Shown here: in pieces, positions 46,794 to 57,616 of the stretch
Numbering within the stretch: position 1 is the first letter of the stretch
Layout: each line of letters opens with the position of its first letter
Origin: Azolla caroliniana
Taxonomy: Eukaryota > Plantae > Polypodiophyta
DNA length: 64,000 bases
NCBI GenBank assembly: GCA_043228905.1
Contig: JBHGNT010000001.1
Location: 25,544,001 to 25,608,000, forward strand
Direction of reading: 5' to 3'
Translations under genes and position numbers: made by a program
The notes under the pieces: model-generated
Databases searched by the model: none
What the model was told of the DNA's origin: nothing
Seen by the model: the letters and a program-made list of their open reading frames with translations, nothing else

Positions 46794-46890
46794 CTAGAGT
46801 GAAGTCAAAAATGAGGGTCCTCTTCCCATGACTTCAAATGGCATGGGTCTCCTCATAAGGAGGTTTGTCGTGTAATACTTTATATAAATA
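46794..46890 (-). repeat. Second copy of the about 100-bp dispersed repeat, just upstream of MTPSL
   Basis: Inverted match to 2667-2770. Confidence 0.7.
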
Positions 46891-47180
46891 ATCGAACAAA
46901 TGAAAAATATAGGGGGGGTGCTCCGATCACCATCATTCATCATTTCGTGGAAACCTCATAGTTCATGAATAATTGAGAATGGAATTATCAACTACATTTT
47001 GAGACACCACAAAGTGGATACATAGATTAATTTGGACTGTCCATTGTTTAGTTTAGTTTTATCCATTAACCTAGGTGACTTCAATAAGTGTACCTAATCT
47101 CATTGACCAAGACCACATGTATGGTCTGCTTGAATATCTTTTTAATATGCATAAAACACATGGTTTGTTTACGACGAAAG

Positions 47181-47500
47181 GGCAAGCCCATGGCAAGAAT
47201 CAATCGTGAGACAATGATTATCAAAAATGTATATTCACACGAGTATATGTTTGGAGAAAGTTATGTCACATGTGTATATATGTATATGAAGGTGGGTGGT
47301 GCATTTATGATCATATAATTGTCGCCCAGGGCAAGCCCAGGGCAAGAATCAATCGTGAGACAATGAAAAAAACATACTAAAAATGTATATTCACACGAGT
47401 ATATGTTTGGAGAAAGTTATGTCACATGTGTATATATGTATATAAAGGTGGGTGGTGCATTTATGATCATATATAATTGTCGCCGAGGGCAATAGCTAGT
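47181..47500 (+). repeat. About 150-bp direct duplication ending in a Helitron-like 3' terminus
   Basis: GGCAAGCCCA.GGCAAGAATCAATCGTGAGACAATG...ATAATTGTCGCC occurs twice; ends TTGTCGCCGAGGGCAATAGCTAG|T. Confidence 0.55.
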
Positions 47501-48305
47501 ATACTATGTAGCCTAAAATATTGATTCGTTTGTCAATCCATTATGAAAAAGTGGGAAGAGTTTCCTTTTGGGAAAATTCTGAAAATGCTATAATTTTGAA
47601 ATATGTAGAACATTTGGTTTTGTTTCATCAATAAACCAAAGCAACCAATCATTTTGGGACCAATGTAAGGGTCAAAGTTGTTGCATTTGAAAACCATGTT
47701 TGTCTTGCTCAAAATGCTTGAATATCACCATGCTATATTATACCTTCCATATTTGAACCTTTTTATCTATGGTTATACATTGTTGGTGCACATATCTATA
47801 TTTGTGCACACACTTGTTATGAAAAAGGGGAAGAAATTTTAGTTTTCTTTTAGGAAAATTTTGAAAATGTGATTAATTTTTGAAATATGTAGAACATGCT
47901 TTTCATTATATGTAAATTTCCATTCTATGTACATGAACAAAGGGCTTGTTGGAAAGTTGTCCATTACATTCTAATATTCCACCATTTTTAAAGTTTCTTT
48001 TGTGTAAAATGTCCTTAATGATTTGAATATGCATGAATGTATATTCAACGTTTATGTCGAGTATGGTATCTTTCACCATGATTGGACATAGCATATTTAA
48101 GTCCTTTCATACTTTGGGGATCCATATATAAATTCTCATAATCCAATTGTGGAGTCCATTGTCCAAATAAATACTTAAGAGGACCTTTGTGCATTATCAT
48201 GGCTAAGAGCTCCGGATTTGTTGCATGGTTAGGTGAAACCATTGGGATTCTGAACCCGAAGATGATGGGACTCTTTTATAGAGAAGAGTCCTTAAAAGGA
48301 TAGAT

Positions 48306-48374
48306 GGATGTAGCTCAGTTGATAAGGTTGCCCAATGGAGACTATGAGGTCATTGGTTTAACCCCCTACATTCC
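48306..48374 (+). other. tRNA-derived sequence (SINE head or tRNA pseudogene)
   Basis: GGATGTA...TACATTCC ends, A box TAGCTCAGTTGA, degenerate B box GGTTTAACCC. Confidence 0.5.
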
Positions 48375-49451
48375 ACAGTGGCATCTAGTAAAAATATTGT
48401 TGAGAAAACTAGGTCTCAAACCTAAGACCTTGGACTGGTAGCCATTAGGGTAAGCTAATTATGATAATAGTTATAAACATTCCAAATTGAGTGAACTAAG
48501 AAATTATATATATATATATATATATATATTCTTGTTCAATATTCGCCCTACTTGTGTTCGTTGTTCAACTAACTGCACATTTAATACTTGTCTATCCCCT
48601 TTGTAACGAGTTGGTGGTTTGTGTGTTGTATATCTCTGGATGCATATTTGCGAATGTACTCAAATATTAACTATTTTACTTGGGCAAGTGAGTACTCTTC
48701 AAGTGGTGAAGTCAACCTTCACCAAACTGGGAATACCTAACATGAATAAATACACCCATGCAAACATGTAACAATGAGTACCAATCCTCATCGCTTCATG
48801 AGTAATCTTAAATAAAGATTCTTAATATATTCCCACACAAAAAATAATTACGATGAATTTATCAACTGATTTTTTAGACCATAAGGTGACACAACACATC
48901 AAGAGAAGTGAGTGATATTTGATCTCATATGTAGGAAGTGAATTATAGGGTTCTGTTAATGTGGCATAAAGTTGACGAGAAGTTATATTTGATGTGTCCT
49001 ACAAAAGTGGGAGTTGGAGTTGTTCATAGGGACTAGGGTGGAGACATGAATGTGGCATGTAGCTGAATAAAATTGATACTTGTGTTACCCATAAGGGTTG
49101 ATTGCTGAAAGTGTCGAGAGGTCGAATGAAGTGTGAAAGGGTAGAAAGGCCAAAAACAGTCTGGAAGGGCCAAGTGGCCGAAAGTCGAAAGTAGTGTGAA
49201 AAAGGCCAAAGGCCAAATAATGTATATTTCCTAGTTAGATATAGCCAAAAGTAATATTGCCGAAATATGTATTATGTAAATAGTAGATCCAAAACAGTAT
49301 GTATGTCGTATGACATTGTAACTTAACTTTGAGATTAGCAATGATGTATCGAATGGCATTGTAACTTCCATGTCTTGCCTATATAAAGGGGGCATGTGTA
49401 TTGTGTATGGGAGGTTTAATAGAGAGATATCTTTTGGTGATATATTTTCTG

Positions 49452-49949
49452 TGTCGTAAACCAAACATCCAGGACATTTTGGAGGAAGATTAAAGGGGTG
49501 AGTCCGACATGCCATGGCACTGTCCCACAGGCGTGCCAGGTGTTGTCCGCTGGAATAGTAACCGATGGACAGGAGCGTAGGAATATAATATAGTAAAATT
49601 GTAACGCATGTTAACGGTTCACGCGGGAAGCGTGAACAGCTAAAAAGACCATGTGTATATAAAGGGCAAAAATCCTCTGATAGAGGTAGCATGTAATTTT
49701 GGAATGTAAGAAGCGTATCTTAATAGAGTTCTATCTTCTCTGATATCTATGTGTATCTGTGGTTAATCTACTGTGTGTCTTTAATCCTTGGTGGTGTAGT
49801 GTAGTCGTAAGAGCATAGGCGTGAGTAATAGTGTGGTTGCTAGTCCACTGTCTAAGGAGTTCGGTTGTAGTCGTCTCCCTTATATGCTACTAGGTTACGG
49901 GAGGTATCCCACTAAGTATTACGCTACAACCATACCATTCGTTACAACA
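49452..49949 (+). repeat. LTR-like/3' terminal fragment related to 60260-60722
   Basis: Shares ATTTTGGA..stop..AGGGG..CGAC..GGYACTGTCCCACRGGCGTGCCA.GTGTT and a later TATA box with the region after ORF 57617-60286. Confidence 0.55.
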
Positions 49950-50009
49950 CAGTCACTTTGAGGTCTACGTCGAAGGATTGACCGTAGACCGTGTTCCTAA
50001 TCGGTAACA

Positions 50010-50860
50010 GACTCGTCATATGATTTGACGCTTCGGAATCAACATACCACACCTCGCTTGATTTCGAGGTGTTCACGACCATAAAATTGGCCTTATGCTT
50101 CATTACGAAGGCTGGGCCTGATTTGTTTCTGCCTCGTTCAGAGCCTTTTGCATAGTGCGATCTCTGACGCCTCTCTGCATCTCTTCGGCTCGATCTGGCT
50201 TTGTCCGAATCGGCCCACTTTTCCCAGCACTCGCTCTCCTTGTGGCCTTTCTTGCCATAGTACCAACAATCCGGTGCGGTCTTCTCTTGCCGTCTTCCAG
50301 CGCTGCCATGACTCCCCCTGCTTGCGGAGGGTTCAGAATTGCTTCCGGCATCTCGATTATGTCGTACATTCTCCGTTGCGCACCAATCCACCTCGTCCAC
50401 CACGACCACGGGGCCTATCATCCTCCATGTAAAGCATCTTGCCATCGGCGTGCGCACTCGTCGACGCACCCGCATGGTTTTCTTCTACGAGCAACATTGA
50501 CTGAAGCTCAAAAAATGAAGGCATAATCTCCCTCATGCAGACTGCCGTTCGGAAGGTCTGAACTTTAACTCCAAGCCACCAAGACAAACCTGCACCATTT
50601 CATCTTCCTCGATGCTCACGTTAATGGAGGCGAGAGAGTCGCAGATTTCTTTGATCTTGGTGGTGTAATCAGCCATTGACATATCTCTTTGTCGTACATT
50701 GCTCAGCTCCTGTATGAGTTGCAGCTTTCTGGCCGTTGTGCTGGCGGCGAAAATCCTTTTGAGATTCGCCCACATGTCCTTCGGCGTCTTGGCATCCCGA
50801 ATATAGCTCAAAAGCTGATCACTCACACAGGACGCGAAGTAGTACAACACTCTACTTGCC
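50010..50860 (-). pseudogene. Degenerate Copia gag-protease
   Basis: UBN2-like DAKTPKDMWANLKRIF...RKLQL, decayed knuckle CWYYGKKGHKESEC, WYVDSEASNHM. Confidence 0.85.
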
Positions 50861-51324
50861 GTTGTCCTGAAGATCCGTCACTACGCGCGGATCGTGAGGC
50901 GGAACCGCCGGGGTTCTGGACCGGAAGGGTTCAAAGTCGGTACAAGCTTTGGCGCAAGCTTTAGCGAGAAAGTGCTTAAGATAGATTGGGAAAGAGAGAA
51001 GTTGAGATCAAACGATTGAGAGAGATTGATTGAACTTTTATCTTTGGATTTAAGAAACAAGTTACACGATCAATTTGATAACGAATTTCTTCTTCTTAAT
51101 TTCATAACCCAAAAAAACGTGTTTTTCCTCCTTCCCCCTCCTTCTTTTATAGATGCTCTCATGCATATGATGCAAGTGAGGGTACAAGACATGCATAAAA
51201 TGCATGTTTGCCATTTGGCGCTTATGTATTACATGTGGTGCATGATAACCATGTCACTCATTTTAGCTCTCATGTATGAGAATTTACATGTAAAAGTACA
51301 ATGATAGAAATATAAATTCAACTA

Positions 51325-51395
51325 AATGGCATGGCTTAATGGTAAGCCAATTGACTCCTAACTCGGAGGTGCAAGGTTCAAATCCTTACTTGCCC
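51325..51395 (+). other. tRNA-derived sequence (probable SINE head)
   Basis: A box TGGCTTAATGG (51332-51342) and B box GGTTCAAATCC (51375-51385) at tRNA-like spacing; acceptor stem not intact. Confidence 0.55.
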
Positions 51396-51444
51396 TCCTT
51401 GTATATGTATATATGTATATATATTTATATATTTATTTATCTAG

Positions 51445-51665
51445 TCACCGGACGTCGGATGCCGTCGTCTCACCAACGCCGGATGCCATCACCGGATGCC
51501 GCCGCCTCGCAGTTGCCGGATTGCCGTCAGATGCCGTCGTCTCACCGACGTCGGATGCCATCACCGGATGCCGCCGCCTCGCCGTTGCCGGATTGCTGTC
51601 GGATGCTGGTGTCTCACTGGCGTCGGATGCCATCACCGGATCACCGGCTCCATCGTCGGTCCGGT
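51445..51665 (+). repeat. 72-bp GC-rich tandem repeat, about 3 copies
   Basis: CGGATGCCGTCGTCTCACCRACGYCGGATGCCATCACCGGATGCCGCCGCCTCGC..TTGCCGGATTG; appears as a 24-aa repeat in ORF 51339..51698. Confidence 0.85.
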
Positions 51666-51699
51666 TTTGGTTGGCCAAAACCCTTTATGAGTAGCTAGC

Positions 51700-54600
51700 C
51701 CACCTCCACTCTTAGTTCAAGTTACCTTGAACTCTCTATGCTCCACATATAGACACAAAGATAATATCTTTTGCTCTACCTTATATATGATGAGAGCCGT
51801 ATTTGTCGTGCCTATGTGGGATATCTCACAATTTTCTCTTTTCCTTTCACAAACTTTATACCCTTATATCTTGACATATAGTTGTCCGTTTCTCGTGTAA
51901 TAAAGTGCATTCGAAACCTCCATCATTTTGTACTTAGATATTAAATTTATTTAAAATGTTATCTTCACAATTATTGTATTATGTGATTTATACTCGATTT
52001 CGTACGTTTTATGGGATTTTCACACTATTGCCAAAAATCTTCACGACATCCACCCCCACCAAACCGCACGTCCTCCGGTACGTGCCAAGAAGAGAGAAAG
52101 TGAGATTTCGGCTACGGTGATCAATTAGATTCCTCCATGTCTTCATTTACATCCGCCCTATTATGTTCATCGTCGAGGTGATTGAGGTCAGGATCCTTGT
52201 CTTGTCTTTTCTTGAAAATCTTTACTCTTTTTCCCGCAATGGGTACGTCCAACCTTCATCCGTCTAGTTCCGCAAGGTGGTATGTGGCATTATCGTTGGC
52301 ACTTGTCACCACATACGGCCCGAACCATCTTCTTGCGAACTTCCTTGTTGTACTGTGTTGATTGTCAAGGGTGCTGTCGTAAACCAAAACCCAATCCCCT
52401 TCTTCAATCTTCTTGGGACGAAGTCGATGCGTGTTGTCGAACCGAACTTTGTTCTTTACTCGGGCTGCCTCCATCATCTTTCGCGCTTTTTCTAAATCTT
52501 CAGGTCTTCCTTCAAGTTGCCTTATCCGCGCCACTAATAACTCTTCTCGACTCATCTCGTTCTCCCACGGTATTGCTACCCATGAGGCGATCGTCCTTTC
52601 GATGGGCATAATCGGCTTTTGTCCATACATAAGATCCGTCGGCATATACCCTGTCACCGAGCTATGTGTCGTTCTATCGGCCCACAAGGCATAGGGTAAT
52701 AGTCGTGGCCAATTCCTGACTCGACCTTTGCATGCCCGTACGATGGCTTTAACGATAGGTCCATGCCCTCACTCGATCTTCCCATTCGCTTCCGGATTGT
52801 AGGCAGTCGTGAGGGAGAGCTTCACTCCTAGTCTTTCGAAGAGCTCCATCACTTCGTGCTCGTCCAACTCCCCTCGGTCGGCCACTATCTTCCCTACACA
52901 TCCATATCGGCAAACAACCTCTTCAAGCAGAAATTTGCAAACGGATGAAGTCGTCTTATTTGTCAAGGCTCGTCCTTCCACTTGATTTGTCAAGTCTTCC
53001 CTTGCCAACACTAAGTACTTCATTTGTCTCACTCCCATTCGCATCGAGACCAGATCCACCATCCATTTGAAGTGTATGGTGAGTGGGTATGTCGGTTGTA
53101 ACTCATCACGATGACGTATATTTGAATATATTTGGCAAGTTTCGCATGTGGACACGAAATGGAGTACATCTTTGTACATGCTTGGCCACCAATACTTCTC
53201 CTTCAACTTTTCGAACGTCGCCCATGTTCCTCTATGACCTGCCCAAGCACTCCCGTGGAATTCGGTCATCAGCGTCTCTTGCTCTTCTTTCTTTACCACC
53301 ACTCGACGTGGTATTCCTGTCCTTCTTTTTGGATGTCGCCAAAGGAATCCTCCCTTCAAGAAGTATCGGTAAGCTTTCTTTTGGATCCGTAGGGCCTCCT
53401 CCTTTGTCAACGAAGCATCTGTCGTCAATGTTCTTAGGAATCTACCGATGAGTAACCACTCTCCTTCGTACTCGTTCTCGTTGAAGGCGTGGAGGGTTTG
53501 CGTGTCCTGGTCTTCCGCCGACAATCGAGCCATCTTGAAGAAGTCGAGGGCGACATCTTCATCTTCCGAAACCATGTTACTTCCATTTGAAAATCTTGCC
53601 CTCGACAGCATGTCAGCCATGGCGTTCTTCTTCCCTGCAATGTGACGGATCTCTGGGTTTAAAGACTTGATGTAGGCGATCCACCTTAGCATAGCAAGAT
53701 CTGGGGTTGCACATCCCGAGACCATTCCGAGAATTGGGAGACAATCTGTCTCTATTATCACTTCTGACCCGATTAGGTAATCTTTGTCCGTCTTCACTGC
53801 CGACACAATACCCCAAAGTTCCCGCTTGACTTGGGCATATCTTTGTTGCCGTTCACTGAGAACCTTTGCTCCGAACCGAACGGCATATCGCGCATTATCT
53901 TCACCTTCTTGATTGATGACCCACCCGATTCCGGTTGGGCTCGTATCTACGGTCACGTAAATTGGTTTTCCTTTGGCATAGTCGGCCTTCCTTAGTGCCG
54001 GAGCTTCAAGAAGTAGTTTCTTTAATCTTTGCATCGCAAAGTTCCCGCTTGACTTGGGCATATCTTTGTTGCCGTTCGCTGAGAACCTTTGCTCCGAACC
54101 GGACGGCATATCGCGCATTATCTTCACCTTCTTGATTGATGACCCACCCGATTCCGGTTGGGCTCGTATCTACGGTCACGTAAATTGGTTTTCCTTCGGC
54201 ATAGTCGGCCTTCCTTAGTGCCGGAGCTTCAAGAAGTAGTTTCTTTAATCTTTGCATCGCATTTGTGTGCTCATCTCGCCATTCGAACTTCATTCTTTTC
54301 TTTAGTAGTCCATATAACGGTTCGGCGACATGAGCGTAGTGAGGAATCCATATATGATAAAACGCGCACGCTCCAAGGAACCTTCGAACCTCCGTTTGGT
54401 TTTCGCATTCTTCTTTCATGTCTTGGATTGCGTTCACTTTGGATGGCGAGGGCTTCCGGCTGTATGCTCCACACAAGTGACCTACCACCAAGATCTCCGG
54501 TTGCCCAAATGCGGATTTTTCTCCCGAAAATGTCAAATTCGCATCTTCGAGCCTTTGAAGCACCTTCTCGCAATTTTTCATATGATCCTCAACGAACTTT

Positions 54601-57345
54601 CTACAACCTTCCTTATCTTTCGATTCATCTTTCTCCTCATCCGAACATCCTTTTATCGGAATATCATCCAAGAATGGCATCGTGATGTCCGGAATGCAAT
54701 CCTTCAAGACTTTATTCATGGCATTCACCATATGAGCCACCGAGTTCGTTGCGCCTTGGGGTAAGGTACACATCCGCACAAGCCCGATCGGAGTCCTCAT
54801 GGTTGTAATGTCCCGACTGTCGATCGCCAATTGGAATTGGTCATATCCAGAGTAGAGATCGCCAATGGAGTAGATGGACCGGCCTGCAAATGCTTCGGCA
54901 AATTCGTCCACGCTCGGACCGATTCCGGCATTTCGAATTGTCACCTTGTTGACGGGTTGAAGATCTTGGATGAATTGCAATGATCCATTCTTCTTCGGCA
55001 CCGTGAACCACCTATTGGAATAAGGAGCATTCGATGGTTCTAGAATTCCCATACTCACCTTCTCCTTTAAGAGCTCAATCAGCTTCGGAAGGTGTGCTCT
55101 CGGAACCGGTATCGGTTTCAAATTCCAAGGCACATGAGGCACCGTGAAGATCACCATCGGCTCTATAACCTTTGGGTCGGCGCATCCGATTTCTCGTGGG
55201 AAGAATGCGAAAGCCTTCCCATGTCTCTCAAGCATATCGCGAAACATTCGCTCCTCTTCAGGGAGAAGGAAATCCTCCTTTCCAACTCGTAGCTTCCCCT
55301 TCGTCTCTTTGGTGAAGACATGACCTATCTTCTTCGGATCTCTTAAGTTTGGATCGTTAGCGACTTCCTTCATCTTTTGCCAGCTATCTTCCGGTAGCGG
55401 AGCCGCAACTGGCTTGATCTTCTTATCCACCGTTTTATATTTCGTGTTGATGTCAGCTTCCTTCATCGAGACGCCACCATGGTATTCATCGATGATAGCG
55501 TACATGTTGACGGAGTTAACCGGAATCACGCGTTGGTTGTGAAGATAGCTCAAGTCCACGACGTCCTCGATTTCGCCGATGGTGTCGTTAAATGAGGCTT
55601 CTTCCATAATATGAGTCACGAACTCTCCTTCTTCTATTATGTTTTCTTCTTTCAGCATCTTCTCGAATTCTAGTATCCGGTGCTTGTGCTGCTTGTCGGG
55701 TAGTACTAGTTTACATGCGCCACTAGGTGTGACACATGTTGCTTCTCCTTGCAATCCACACACTCTTCTTTCTTGTGGGGTCTTGTGATTGCTCGGACTA
55801 TTTGTGCCCCATGCTTCAATAGTCCGCTCTAAAAATCCGAGGATTCGCCTCCGAGACTATCTCGATTCCGTTCATGATTGGCTCGCACCGTTAGGAATTG
55901 GACCGATCTTTGGTTGTCAAGACTCTTTATTCGTGCGAAGGCTGCTCCATTATCGAACACTTTGGTCTCCATCCGAGATGATGTGATATAAGGTTGCCCT
56001 AGGATGACAGGATGCGACGCCGATTCTTGTACGAATAAGTGTTGATCCATCTCCACATCCCCGATCGTGACTTTGATATTGGGACAAGCTCCGTACAAGT
56101 CCTCCGTAGACTTTGTTGCCACGCGAATCTTCCATCCGTGGTTTGTATTGATTGGCCACCTTCTTTTTTTGTAGAAGTTGGTTGACATGAGGTTAATCTC
56201 CGAGCCGTGGTCGATCAAGGCTACTACGGTCTCTTTCTTCTCCCCGATCTTCACCGGCATCTCCGTTGTCGCTCGTGCCCAATGAGGTCGAGTGTAGTGG
56301 CTGTCCACTATATCTTCATCGATTTCATCTCTTGCCATCGTTATGGCATTCATTTTTGCTTTTTGCGGCTTCTCTTCTTCCTCGTCCGATTGTTGTCTCT
56401 TTCTCTTTACAAGGTCCACGATTGTGTCATGGAACTCCTTCGTAATGCCAAGCAATTCCCTCAAGGACAAAGTTACGTGGCTATCAAGAACTCGTTCTTC
56501 AAGAATCTTCTTTAGGTCCGTCGTCTGCTCTATGTCCGACCTTAGCTTATAGGTAGGTATAGTCCTTGTCCTCCGAGCAGGGTCTTCGACACCAACCTTC
56601 ACGGGCCGAACCGTTTCTTCAACTCGTATGCTCGGCTCCCCTTTTCGGCTTGTAAAGGTCGACTCGTCTCCGCATCGTCCTTCTTTTTCGCGTTCCTTGT
56701 TTCATGTCTTTTTGATGGGCCTTGCTCTTCTATTCTCTTTCTCTTTTCTTCGACGAACACCTCGTGGTTGTCGCACATCACCTCTGCGAGTATGGTGTTG
56801 TCGTCCACCGGATCCGACCACCCGGTTATGCTTTGCACGCTTCGGTCCACAAGCTCTACCTCGTTCGATGTGACTTTTCCCTTCTTCTCATATTCGAGAA
56901 CGGAAGTCCAAAACTTTGCTCCCACTCTAGCAGCTTCAGTCTTGTCTTTTCCGACTCTTATTCCGGCCGACGCAACATAGTGCATCGCATCCACATGAGT
57001 CGCATCGGCATCCTCCATAGATTTCTTCATTCCTCCTCTTCCGAAATTCACCCGTAGGGGTCTTCTAGTCTCGCTTGAGCAGATCATGTTGTCCTCTATG
57101 TATACGATATTTTGTCGAATTGCCTCTCGAAGGCTCGCACAATCCCTTCTCATGTGGTCCATGCTATCGCACCACACGCATCTAAAGGGTTCTTTTCCTT
57201 TAGGGCCCCGACGATTCATGTTGGCTAGCATGACCTTCTCGAACTTCTTCGCTAGCTCTTCAATGATGTCGTCATCAATCTTCTTTTCTTCCACGTTACT
57301 TTGTCTTGGCGGCTCAGCTACTTTCGAAGGAGCGAAAAGGTACGT
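51700..57345 (-). mobile_element. Decayed Ty3/Gypsy of the same Trp-primed family (partial gag, PR, pol, PPT, 3' LTR from 52048)
   Basis: CVWCDSMDHMRRDC, ALIDHGSEINLM, GGATTTTTAG junction, FLDD, RNase H, integrase; GGTGGGGGTGGA-TGTCGTGAAG; a frameshift and stops; 5' end missing; LTR end approximate. Confidence 0.9.
53814..54260. repeat. 223-bp tandem duplication within pol
   Basis: CAAAGTTCCCGCTTGAC...TTTGCATCGCA starts at 53814 and again at 54037; it shifts the frame. Confidence 0.9.
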
Positions 57346-57616
57346 AGTGGGCATTTAAGAGCCGCCACGTTACTTAATACTAAATCGGTACACGACGTGC
57401 GCATGCTCGAAAAAGGCGCCAAGACGCACAAAGAAAAAGCAGCACGCATGGAGACCTTTTCATTTCGCGAGCCAAGAAGCACAGAAGCACCAAGGCAGTG
57501 GAAGCTTAGCAAACGCGAACCTGCACTCAGAGAACCCCCACGTTCGGAACTCTCTCTCTCGCTCTCACTCTCATCACCACTCTACCTCGCCATCTTTCCT
57601 CGACCTCGAAGCAGAC

